Assembly (NCBI GenBank): GCA_034226945.1
Contig: CP120464.1
Span: 248,001 to 312,000, forward strand
Direction of reading: 5' to 3'
DNA length: 64,000 nucleotides
Origin: Picochlorum sp. SENEW3
Lineage: Eukaryota
The translations under genes were made by a program, and so were the position numbers. The notes beneath the pieces were generated by a model that searched no databases, had not been told where the DNA came from, and saw only the letters and a list, made by a program, of their open reading frames with translations. The number at the start of each line of letters is the position of its first letter. Within the stretch, counting starts at the first letter, position 1. Shown here piece by piece: positions 46,701 through 57,900 of this stretch.

Positions 46701-46896
46701 TTTCTTTGGAAAATTGAACTCGAATGGATCACTTTCAAAAAAGGCTCGCGCAGAAATATCCCCATCCACCATTGGAAAGATCCAAGAGATGGGATTTTCA
46801 GAAACTCAGGCAAAGAGAGCTCTTGCCAGATCAAACAACTCTCTTAACCAAGCGATTGAGTATCTCATCGAAAATGAATTTGTCGATTTGTCTTAG
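43726..46896 (+). CDS. Strawberry notch / FORGETTER1-like helicase-fold protein with C-terminal UBA
   Basis: [61 protein letters not shown] and [11 protein letters not shown]; tail [25 protein letters not shown] is UBA-like. Confidence 0.92.
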   Translation: [1056 protein letters not shown]

Positions 46897-46938
46897 ATGC
46901 TTCCTTTTCAAGTCAGATATATATCTATGGACCAGGCC

Positions 46939-47421
46939 TCAAAATTTAGATGGATCATATCGTGGTGGCTCTCTACCAAAGTATTGCCTGCGCAACAAAT
47001 TTTGATGTCTCTCCTGTGCCTCTGACATGCTCATTTTCCCATCCGCCACCCTACACATGGCCAAATCTCGTTCACCATATTGTCATAAACCCACAAGAGC
47101 GCTACCAATCACGCACCTGCTCGCCCGTGCTGCAGTTCCCTCAACAACCTTGCCGTCTCGAACAACAAATACCGTAGATTCCTCTATATTATCCGCATCA
47201 CCTGGCTGTTTAGGTGTCACTATTCTTAGATATCTAATTTTATCATCCAGTTTTTCCCTCAGCCTGTCTGCTTCGCCTTCAGGAGCTGTTTTATGTTTCT
47301 GGAACTCGGTTCGAGCTTCCTGCACTGCTTGCAGCCGCGCTTCCTCTTTCGGCAGACGTTTTATCAGTCGCAAAAGCTTTCTGTATTTATTCAGAGTTGC
47401 CAGAGCAATTTCATGTGTCAT
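46939..47421 (-). CDS. LYR-motif (LYRM) protein, 2 exons
   Basis: L..YRKLLRLIKRLP...ARTEF; intron 47051-47116 adds ...RHQNLLRRQYFG...PSKF*. Confidence 0.75.
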
Positions 47422-47550
47422 ACTGTCCTATTTTCAATGCATTTTTTAAATGTGTTTGCTACCAATGCTCAGATAAAAGAATCGTATCAAATCAAATCAA
47501 ATTCGAAGATCAAATCAGAGGATGCATTACGAACTGCGGCAAGTCGAGCG

Positions 47551-49416
47551 TCATTTGATGAGTGATAAAACCCTTTCGACATCTTGCACTTTAAAAGGCT
47601 TGCTGACGAAGCCTTTCATGCCCAAGGCAATGCACTGGTCTGGGAGCGCCTGAAGAGTATCAGCTGAAAGGGCGACAATGGCAGGGTGCTCTGAGGCCTT
47701 TTTTCTATTCATCAGGCGCTTTGTTGCCTCTAGTCCATCCATTTCAGGCATGTGAATGTCCATTAAGATCAAATCATATTTGATCCTCTCCGTCACTTGC
47801 AACACTTCGGTACCCGAGGAGACAACATCAATCAAAACATCAGGACGAACATGCTGAATGATCTTCGTCACTACCTTGATATTAATTTCATTATCTTCCG
47901 CAACAAGGATGCGAGGGCAGTCAGTTTTCATCGCTTCGGGGGGACTTATGTCTGTCAACTTGTTTGATGATGGCGGTGTGGACATCAAATTCATGAGACT
48001 TTGAGACTTTCGAGCAGATAACTCGCTATTGTCTACACTCCGACGATGATACCAGAACTGGTTCTCAGATGATTCGTTGCTTGAGGATGAGCCACTTCCT
48101 CCCCAATGTCCATGCAACTGCATTGCATCCCGATACAAAGGAATCCTTGTGGGATCAACAAATCTTCCGCTGATGGCACTGCGTATTGCCAGCAGCATCT
48201 TTTGATATTTTAATGGTATACTAACCACATGAACCATTGGCAATACTCCCAAAGGTATATCAGACTTTTCTCCTAGGACAATCAGAGGTTTTTGGCGCCA
48301 CCCTCCAGCGACCACAGTGCCTGCTTGGTCTGATGTTGTAATCCAAACATCTACAGCACGAGATCCAATCGCCTCCTTGTCTACCACAGCTGCTCCATGA
48401 ACAAGTAATAATTCTGTCACTTGATCACGTAAACCCTCATGCTGAACATCCACAAAGAATGACACATTCTCCAATTCTTGTTTTTCTTGCTCCATATCTC
48501 CAGTCCATTCAACAAAATGCCTTGAGTGGGCTATATCGTTTTCTGCATACGTTTCGCAGCTTGAAGAATCTCGGGCGCTCTCAGTTTCCATAGCGTCAGA
48601 TGGATACACATTGGATGCACCTTCCAGGCTTGCAAACATGGGCAAGGTCACTGTGAATGTTGACCCAATGCTTACTTCAGTATCAACTGACATATTTCCT
48701 CCCATCGCGTGAACAATCTTTGATGCTATTGCCAACCCAAGCCCAGAGCCTCCATATTTTCTCGTTCTTGAGCTTTCACCTTGCACAAACTCCTTGAACA
48801 ATCTATTGCAGACATCATCTGTCATCCCAACACCAGTATCTTTCACGACAAGTTGCAGGTACTCCTTCCCGTCTTGCGTTATAAGGTCTGAATATACAGT
48901 TATATCACCCCCAGATTTGTTAAACTTGACGCTGTTACTCAACAAGGCACATAAAACTTGGCGCAGGCGAGCAGGATCGACGTAGATCCTCCTGTATTCT
49001 GCATTACTTCCAACTCGATATGTCACCCGAATGCCGTTATTATTCGCCTCTGTCACTATGCTATCAATACTCTGTTCAACTATATCGCGGATGAGAACAC
49101 GCTTGTTATCGAGTGCCACGTGCCTGAGGTTGACACAGCTAAAGTCAAGAATGTCAGCCAAGACTGACAACAAGGTCAAACCTGATTCCTCAACCATGCC
49201 GAGAAGATCATACTGCTCAGGTGTCAGTTTTGTCTGCCTCAACAATTGTGTTGCACCAATAATGCCATTCAGAGGGGTCCGAATTTCGTGGCTTGTGTTT
49301 GAGAGGAAAATGCGCTTCGCTTCTTCAGCACAGTCCCTCTCCAACACTGCCGCTTCTAACTCTTTCTTTAATGCCTCATTTTCCCTCTCCAGGCTATAAT
49401 ACTTTTCATAACTCAT
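47551..49416 (-). CDS. Hybrid histidine kinase (HisKA + HATPase + degenerate REC + REC)
   Basis: H-box SHEIRTPLNGI, N-box LLSNSVKF, DTGVGM and GGSGLGLAI; receiver ILVAEDN, LMDIHMPEMDG and SKPF. Confidence 0.92.
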   Translation of the reverse strand: MSYEKYYSLERENEALKKELEAAVLERDCAEEAKRIFLSNTSHEIRTPLNGIIGATQLLRQTKLTPEQYDLLGMVEESGLTLLSVLADILDFSCVNLRHVALDNKRVLIRDIVEQSIDSIVTEANNNGIRVTYRVGSNAEYRRIYVDPARLRQVLCALLSNSVKFNKSGGDITVYSDLITQDGKEYLQLVVKDTGVGMTDDVCNRLFKEFVQGESSRTRKYGGSGLGLAIASKIVHAMGGNMSVDTEVSIGSTFTVTLPMFASLEGASNVYPSDAMETESARDSSSCETYAENDIAHSRHFVEWTGDMEQEKQELENVSFFVDVQHEGLRDQVTELLLVHGAAVVDKEAIGSRAVDVWITTSDQAGTVVAGGWRQKPLIVLGEKSDIPLGVLPMVHVVSIPLKYQKMLLAIRSAISGRFVDPTRIPLYRDAMQLHGHWGGSGSSSSNESSENQFWYHRRSVDNSELSARKSQSLMNLMSTPPSSNKLTDISPPEAMKTDCPRILVAEDNEINIKVVTKIIQHVRPDVLIDVVSSGTEVLQVTERIKYDLILMDIHMPEMDGLEATKRLMNRKKASEHPAIVALSADTLQALPDQCIALGMKGFVSKPFKVQDVERVLSLIK

Positions 49417-49818
49417 ATTTAAAGTAATATGGGATAGTTGCAGCGTGATCGTGCACGTAAGTCGGTAAAATGTTGGCGTGCACGTTGCACTTGAGGCCAC
49501 GTAGTTATCTGATTATGTCTGTGTTTCTATACAAATTCGCACATTTTTATCTCATAAAAATATCAATATATGTCTCTGCTGGGATGAGTCGTGCCCTATT
49601 ATGCGCACATGCCAGTGATAGCAGAATCCTGGTGAGCGGTAGAATCGCATCAGAGATTTTGTGAGGACTCATCCTGGCCCCTCGTTTGGGCGCGATTTCT
49701 CTGTGCGGTTTGCTGACACATGCTCTCCCTTTGCCACGAGTGGAGAAGATACATTACAGTTGAATTAAATACGATGCAAACTAATGGAGGAGGTCTCCTA
49801 CACCTTTGACACAAAGAA

Positions 49819-51939
49819 TCAAATGTATCCCATGGCCTTTTTATACCCCAGCTCTTCCTTCCATGTGACCCTATCCTCTATCCAGTTACCACTGCTGTTT
49901 CGTTTATTGAAATCTCGTCTGCCATTTTTTCTACTATTTGCAAACACTTGATCTAGAGAGCATGTTTTCGCATGCTGTTGGAACACTTCATCTGGGTCGA
50001 CGTACATTTGAGCAACCAACTGTGCCATAAGAGTCTTTCCTCTTGCCCACTCAGGCACTGGCTTTTTGGGGACATCATCATCTGATGCGTGATCACTTCT
50101 GTATGGAGATATCTCGTATGATCTATAATGAGACTCTATATTGTCTCCTGCTCTGCTCGGAGATGCTGCTTGTGTATTCTTTGGTGTGGTGGTGGGATGC
50201 TCTCCCATTGATTTCTGAGCCTTGACCACCCTTTGGGGTGTTCCAGAGAATGTGCTTCTGTTCTGTGTGGACATGTTCGGATAATCATTCGGGGTTTTTG
50301 ATGAATTATTCTTGAGCATTGCAGCTTGCTGTTGAATCTTTGCAAGTCTTTCTTTAGCAGCAGCCAGCGAACCACCAGAGGTCGCTGCTGCTCCCTGCAG
50401 CCCAGCCACACCACTGCCACTACGAGCAGCTGCTTCCGCTTCCAATTTCCTTCGTCTCTTGTGCTCTTCTAACCGTTTTGCTTTTTCTTCTCGCTTTCTA
50501 CGCTCTTCCTCCTGCCGCGCTCGTCTTTTTGCAGCAATCTCTTCCTCCTTCTGCCGTCTCAATTGCTCTTGCTCTCTAGCTTTCTCAGCTTGAATGCGCT
50601 CTAATCTTGCTTTCTCTTCAAGTTCAGCTTGTTTTTCCGCCTCCTCTTTCTCTAATCGTTCCTTCTCCTTTCGCTCCTCGCGTAAGATGGCCTCCTTGTC
50701 TACATATTCAGACTTTTCAGCCTCCTGTGAAGAGGTATGCTCACTTGATGGCAAGAGAGTTTTCACGCTTGAAATCAAATTTGCTGCAAATCCAGTTTTC
50801 GAATCATTTGAATGGCTCTTCTTTCCCGGCGATGTCTTTGGCGGCATTTCATTCACCACCTCCTCCTCCAAATGGTTCAAGGATGGAGATGCTTCCTGGG
50901 TTTGATACTCGCGTTTGTTCATTGGCCTCTCGCTGTTTTGAACATCTCCATCACTTTTATCCTCTTGATGTTTATCAAAACCTGAAACTGGATCACTTTT
51001 GTGGGATATGGGAGATTGCTCCATGTCATGAACTGGCCCATTGTCAAATCCTTGTGCAGTCTCTACAATGCCTTGGTCGCTGCCATGATCCTTGCGCTCC
51101 CCTTTCTTTACTTCTACTGATGGCACCTCGCCGTATGGATCGACTGTGCCAGGGGATTGGCCCTTGTCCTGTACATCATGACCAACCATGTCATGCCTGG
51201 CCTCTTCATCATAATTGGCATTTTCAACCGGCGCAGTGGATACGATATGGATTGTTCCTTCATCCATTGGCTCAGCTTCATCAGGACGGTCATTCGCCTG
51301 TACTTTTGCACCTTTACCCTCAGAATGCGATGTTTCCTTGCTAGGATCCTCTTTGGGCTCTGCATTGATGGCCACACCTGCTTCATCAACCCCCGTCTCA
51401 TTCTGATCCTCTTCCGCTATATTTTCAATATTAGAGAATGATTGCTTCAACTCAGCAGCCTGCTTCATCTGATTCTTCCGGGACCTGGTGCTCCTTCCAG
51501 TTTCTTTGCAAGCAGCCCCCTCACTCTCAGTGACACGCTCCTCATTCTTCCTTCTTCGCCCTCCTCTGCGAGGCTTTGAAGCCTCTATAGTCTCCTCTTT
51601 CTCGAATATCTCGTCTACCTTGGAGTCATCTTCCTGCGTATTCCCTCCCTTCTTCTGCCTCTTTCCCTGCAACAAAGACTTTGCACATGTACTCTACCTG
51701 GCGCGACAACCACACATATTGAATGAATACTATAAACATACCTCTAGGGGAGGCTCGTGCTTCGAGCGACCCTTTCGCTTCTCCGGTGCCCTCGTAGATG
51801 CGCCAAGGTGCTGTTCAGCTTCCGCTATGACCCCGCGTAACCATTCATGATGACCATCCGTTATCTTTTCTAGAGTATTTATCTTATTTGATGCAAATTC
51901 TTGAAGCCCAAGGAGGACTTTCTCAAACGCTTTGCTCAT
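49819..51939 (-). CDS. INCENP: Inner centromere protein-like, at least 2 exons
   Basis: E/R/K single-alpha-helix region, then IN-box SYEISPY...KKPVPEWA...DPDEVF...CSLDQVF...RNSSGNW; intron 51667-51741. Confidence 0.82.
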
Positions 51940-52338
51940 TTCTGCTCCCACGTCGGTAATACACCCAGCCGTTGGTTCTTATCCAGATTCAGCAGAGCAT
52001 CCCTTTAACACTGATGATTTGTACCAATGTATTTTTTATTAATCAATATGTATCCTCACCTGATGAAATCGGTCGAAATAGTCATTGTGTGAGTCTATGG
52101 AAAGGCCACTCCGTTGGCCCAACTGTCACTCAAAGGTGGCGCCCAAATTGATCGCCATAGGTAGCGCGCTTTGATCTCGTCCGTTCGAAGGTGGCGCCTG
52201 AAGGGAGCAACCTTTCCTTTAGAGTCGATGGTGACGTCTATTCAGCAGTTTGCCGACTATTGCAGTGCACTCGCGGGATTCCTTTGTAGACCGTCTTTTC
52301 TTGTCGCGGAAGTGTGAGAGAGAACCATTCAGCGGATG

Positions 52339-52346
52339 GAATATTC
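52339..52346. promoter_or_regulatory. P1BS-like (GNATATNC) site upstream of PhoX
   Basis: GAATATTC ~255 nt upstream of the PhoX ATG; a short motif that could occur by chance. Confidence 0.4.
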
Positions 52347-52598
52347 TCGTGAGGGGAGCCTTTTGATTCCACATGAGCATGGAATCTTACCGACTGATTC
52401 CCCCGGGGATCATCCCCTTTCCAGTAACTCGCTCCATCGAAGATGAATCGCTGCCTCGCTGTTTTGCATGAGATTGCTGTACAGAATCTTTTCACAGCGA
52501 GAGCATCCGGGATCCTTTGCGAAATATGGCCATATCTGGCGGCTGAGGCATCCAGAGAGACAGAATAAATTCCATTACGCAGAATAAAACCGGCAACC

Positions 52599-54581
52599 AT
52601 GTTCTCCAAATCGCTCGTGCTCACCCTTCTCGGGTTTGCCACCGCAAAGGCTGCGGAGTTCCCTTACACCACTCTTATCCGTTCTGGACAGCCGGCAGAC
52701 GCCGAGTATCCCTTTGGAACAGGAGTGACTGCAAAGATGGACAAGGTGCTTACAAACGTTTTGAGTGGAGAGGACTACGGCACCTGGGACCCGATGTTTC
52801 CAGACAATAAGACGACTGTTGAGGTGTCCAATAACCCAGACTTCTTCTCCATCCTTGATGCCCCAGATGGAGGTGTTATCGGCTTTGTGCATTTCGAGTC
52901 CCCAAACCCTTCTCAGATTTATGCTTTGGGACTCGACCAGGCTGATGATGGATCATTGAAGGTGACTTCTACCGAACCAGTTGACTTCAGTGAGTATGGA
53001 GGTGCATGGGTGCTCTGTGCTGGAAGCGTGACTCCATGGGGAGTTCATCTTGGAGGAGAGGAATACGAGCCAAACGCAGCAGCTTTCGAAAAGTCCTCCT
53101 GCTTGTTCGATTCCCAGTGCGAGGATAGTCTTCAAACTTTGGATCCTTACTCTTTCGGGAAAACAATTGAAATGCTCAGATACTTTGATGTGTATGCTGA
53201 GGATGGCGTCACCACTCTTGATGACGTGAAACAGGTTTATGATCCTTACAACTACGGATGGGGAGTCGAGGTGCAACCAGTGTCTGGATCCTCTGGAAAG
53301 GGAAGTAAATGGTACACAACAGGCAGGTTGTCTCAGGAGCTTGTGTATGTCATGCCAAACAACAAGACTGTCTACATCACTGATGATGGTACCAATGTTG
53401 GATTCTTCAGAGTTGAGCTTGATACCCCAGCAGACATGTCTTCTGGAACAATGTACGCCGCCAAGTTGGAGCAAAAGTCTGCAGAGAATGGTGGAGATTT
53501 TGGTCTGTCTTGGGTGGAGCTCGGATCTTCCACCCAGGCGGAGCTCAAGGCAACCCTTGATGCTGGTTTAAAGTTCTCTGACATCTTTGATTCCGTTGAC
53601 CCAGTTAATGGAACTTGCGCAGACGGATATACTTCCATCAACCAAGGTGGAAGAGGTATTGAGTGCATCAAGCTTGTAGAGGGACAGGAGAACACTGCTG
53701 CCTTCTTCGAGCCAAGAAGATATGGAGCCTACCTTGGAGCCACAACTGAAGCAAGCAAATGGGAAGGATTCGTCTATGACCCATACACCAACAAGGCATA
53801 CACCTCCATTTCTGATGTCAGATATGGAATGGAGGATAACATGAAGAAAGGTGAGTCAGATGATACGTATGACATTGGAGGACCAAACGCAATCAAGCTT
53901 CCATACAACCCATGTGGATGTGTCTATGCGCTAGACATGGATGACAATTATGTTGCCACCTCTTTCACTGCTGCCCTCTGCGGAAAGCCAATGGAAGAGG
54001 ATGAGGATGGAAATTCCTGCGCATTTGACGGTATTTCTAACCCCGATAACGTTGCCCGCATTGGAAAGATCATCCTAATTGGAGAGGATACCTCGGCTCA
54101 TCAGAATGACATGGTGTGGGCATGGGAACCAGAGACAGGAAAGTTAACCAGGGTTGCTACCACTCCTTATGGATCTGAATCAACAGGAATTAATTTGTAT
54201 GAGGGAAAGAATGGGTACAGCTACCTCACCCACGTCACACAGCACCCATATGGAGAGACTGACACGGACTTGGTTGGAAAGGATGTCAATCCATCGTCCG
54301 AGGGACCAGAAGGCTATGTTGGATACTGGGCCATTCCTTCCTCTGAGGATCTGGAGAAGGTCCTTTTCCAGGAAGTACCTGTCCCAAAAACCCAGGAAGA
54401 AAAGTCAAAGTTGAACGTTGCCCCAATCGTCAACGAGATCAAGTCAACCTCCTCTCCATCTTCCTCATCAACAACAGATTCCTCTACACCATCTCCAATG
54501 CCTGAACCAACACCATCCTCTTCTGCCATGACCTTATCTACCATGGGATTGGTTGCTGCTGGACTTTTGACTTTAGCTTAG
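52599..54581 (+). CDS. phoX: PhoX-family (DUF839) alkaline phosphatase, secreted, probably GPI-anchored
   Basis: Signal peptide; CAGSVTPWG..L.GEEY, GRLSQE, YITDDG, WEG, NPDN, IGED, ESTG and QHP; Ser/Thr/Pro stalk plus terminal hydrophobic tail. Confidence 0.88.
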   Translation: MFSKSLVLTLLGFATAKAAEFPYTTLIRSGQPADAEYPFGTGVTAKMDKVLTNVLSGEDYGTWDPMFPDNKTTVEVSNNPDFFSILDAPDGGVIGFVHFESPNPSQIYALGLDQADDGSLKVTSTEPVDFSEYGGAWVLCAGSVTPWGVHLGGEEYEPNAAAFEKSSCLFDSQCEDSLQTLDPYSFGKTIEMLRYFDVYAEDGVTTLDDVKQVYDPYNYGWGVEVQPVSGSSGKGSKWYTTGRLSQELVYVMPNNKTVYITDDGTNVGFFRVELDTPADMSSGTMYAAKLEQKSAENGGDFGLSWVELGSSTQAELKATLDAGLKFSDIFDSVDPVNGTCADGYTSINQGGRGIECIKLVEGQENTAAFFEPRRYGAYLGATTEASKWEGFVYDPYTNKAYTSISDVRYGMEDNMKKGESDDTYDIGGPNAIKLPYNPCGCVYALDMDDNYVATSFTAALCGKPMEEDEDGNSCAFDGISNPDNVARIGKIILIGEDTSAHQNDMVWAWEPETGKLTRVATTPYGSESTGINLYEGKNGYSYLTHVTQHPYGETDTDLVGKDVNPSSEGPEGYVGYWAIPSSEDLEKVLFQEVPVPKTQEEKSKLNVAPIVNEIKSTSSPSSSSTTDSSTPSPMPEPTPSSSAMTLSTMGLVAAGLLTLA

Positions 54582-54972
54582 ATCTAGAGAACGCGGGATG
54601 AAGCATGTCAGGGAGACTCTTTTGACACAGACAGCATTGATTGATAGACACTCGGGAGAGATAAAGAAAAAGAGAGAGAGAACTAAATACCGATAGAGAG
54701 CGATGCAATACTCTATCATACTCTGATTTGGAGAGTCTTTTTTGCTTGATGAATGGTCTTTTTTGTATACGGTCTCAAGCCACGTACAACTGTAACCATT
54801 TTTGCTGATTGAACCCACCAGACCCATGGCCATCAGTCACTGCACTGGCATGTCCCCCACATGCGACATTCCCATTCATGTGCGTCTCAGTATAGCCATT
54901 AATGCTCACAAATATTCAATTATATCTCTTAACAGAGACAATATTCAGCCAAAGAGGTAGAAAGAAAGCGCC

Positions 54973-57900
54973 ATGACCAATTCGACTGCGGCTGCAGAGG
55001 TGCGTTTTCACAGGACTCTTCTTATCGAGTCATTATGTGCATTTGATTAAATTATATGAGACAATGTATCAATTTCGCAATGTGATCACCGGTCTATTGC
55101 CCTGAGAAAGAGGATTGGGTGCTCGGAAGAGTTGACTCCTGAAATTCCTTTCAACTCCCCTTCTCTTGTCGGATGCGCATCTATTTCCATGTCTCTGGTG
55201 TGACATTGAACAAATACTTATATATATATTTCGCCATACAGAGTGGTTCTGGTGGAAGTTTCGCGAAAAGAGATCTTCTGTTAGAGTTGCAAGAAGAATC
55301 ACAGAGGACTTGGTCTGAGAATAATGTCTTCGAGTGCGATGCACCCATGGAAGGGATGGGGACGGCTGATGAGAAGTTCTTTGGAAACTTTCCATATCCG
55401 TACATGAATGGGCTTTTGCACTTGGGGCATGCCTTTTCTCTTTCAAAATTGGAATTTGCAGCTGCATATCACAGGCTGTGTGGGAAAAATGTATTGTTTC
55501 CTCAAGGATTCCACTGCACTGGTATGCCAATCAAGGCTTGTGCTGATAAACTCGCGCGAGAGATTAAGACATATGGCTGCCCTCCTGTCTTTCCTGAGGA
55601 GGATGCTGAGATGTCCGAGGCTGAGGCTGACACAGCAAAGGTGGATCCAACAAAGTTTGTTGCCAAGAAGAGTAAGGCTTTGGCAAAGAAAGGAAAAGGA
55701 GCTAGTCAGTGGGAGATCCTAAAAATGAGTGGTATACCTGAGGACGAGATCCCAAAGTTTGCCGATCCCCTATACTGGCTTGAATTCTTCCCACCTTTGG
55801 CAATGAGAGATATCAAAGCAATGGGCTGTGGAGTGGATTGGAGGAGAAGGTATGCGTATGATTGTTCCATGTATATTGTATGATATTCAGTCGTGACTTT
55901 TATTCATCATATTCTGATGCAGTTTTATCACAACTGATATGAATCCATTTTATGATTCGTTTGTCAAATGGCAATTCCATACACTTCTCAAGGCAGGAAA
56001 AGTTGTCAAGGACAAGAGATATGCAGTCTTCTCTCCTATAGATGGACAGCCTTGTGCAGATCACGATCGTGCAACTGGAGAAGGCGTTGGTCCTCAAGAG
56101 TATACTTTGATTAAGATGAAAGTTTTGGAGTTCAATGAGGCTCTCTCAAAGTTGGATGGTTCTGACACCTATCTCCTTGCTGCCACCTTGCGTCCAGAGA
56201 CCATGTGCGGTCAAACAAATTGCTGGGCTCTTCCGGATGGAGACTATGGTGTGTATAAAGGATTGAATAACGAGTACTATGTCATGTCAGAGCGCTCTGC
56301 ATTGAACTTGTCATACCAAGACAGGATGCCCGAGACTGGCAAACCAGAACTGGTCCTCTCGATCAAAGGATCTGATCTGTTTGGCTTACCACTCTCAAGT
56401 CCAAGCTGCTTCTATGAAAAAATATATGTTCTTCCTTTGATGACAATTTTGACGAACAAAGGAACGGGCATTGTGACATCAGTTCCCTCTGATGCTCCTG
56501 ATGATTTTGCAGCTTTGGAAGACCTGAAGAATAAACCAAAGCTTCGGGAAAAGTTTGGTATTAAAGATGAGTGGGTGCTTCCATATGACGTGGTGGAGAT
56601 TATTGATATCCCAGAGCTAGGAACTGCTGCAGCTGCAAAAGTTTGTAAGGATATGAAGATTCAGAGTCAAAATGATACAAAAAAGTTGGCTGAAGCAAAG
56701 CAATTGGTGTATTTGAAAGGTTTCACGGACGGAATTATGAATGTGGGCCCATACAAGGGTAGAAAGGTGAGCGAGGTGAAGCCAATTATTAAGGAGGAGA
56801 TGATCCAGGCCAATCAGGCCATCTTATACAATGAGCCAGAGAGGCAAGTCATGTCCAGATCCGGAGGAGAATGTGTTGTCGCCTTGACTGATCAATGGTA
56901 CCTCACGTATGGAGAGCAAGAATGGAAAGAGGCCACACAGAGATGTCTGGCAAATATGGAGACATTTGATTTAGCCGCACGTCATCAATTTGAGCACACT
57001 CTTGACTGGTTGAATCAATGGGCTTGTTCGAGATCATTTGGATTGGGAACTAGATTGCCTTGGGACCCCGAATTCTTGATTGAGTCTTTGTCTGATTCGA
57101 CGATTTACATGGCATACTATACTGTGGCCCACATCCTCCAAGCAGGGGATATGTACTGCAAAAAGGAAGGTGCAGCTCCAGGAGGCATCAAAGCAGAAGA
57201 TATGACTCCAGAAGTTTGGGATGCAATCTTCCTGGGCGCGGATATCCCGGATTCTACACCTGTACCCAAAGAGCTGATTCAGAAGATGATGAGAGAATTC
57301 AACTACTGGTATCCATTTGACCTGAGAGTGTCCGGTAAGGATTTAATCCAAAACCATCTTACCTTCTGCTTGTATACACATACAAGTATTTGGTCAGAAA
57401 GAGAAGACTTGTGGCCTCAAGGAATGAGGACAAATGGACACTTGCTGCTGAATGCCGAAAAGATGTCCAAGTCGACTGGAAATTTCAAAACACTTGGACA
57501 AGCCATCAGAGAGTATTCTGCAGATGCAATGAGAATAGCTCTTGCTGATGCTGGAGATACCATGGACGACGCAAATTTCGAGCATCAGACGGCAAATGGT
57601 GCAATCCTTCGACTGACAAAAGAATTGACTTGGATTGAAGAGGTATTGAATTCTGTCGATGCCATGAGGAATGAGCAGCCAACGTCATTCCTCGATCGAG
57701 TTTTTGACAATGAGATGAACATTTGTCTTCAGAAGACGAAAGAATCCTATGACCACTATCTCTTTAGAGAGGCATTGAAGTTTGGAATGTACGACTTACA
57801 GATTGCCCGTGACACGTACAGATTTGCTTGTGGTCCAGAGGGCATGAACCGTAGACTCATCCTCAAGTATATTGATTTATTCGCACGCGGAATGACACCT

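Noticed and set aside
52060..52085. CTGATGA...GAAA hammerhead ribozyme core
   Set aside because: Stem II cannot form and flanking stems are not evident.
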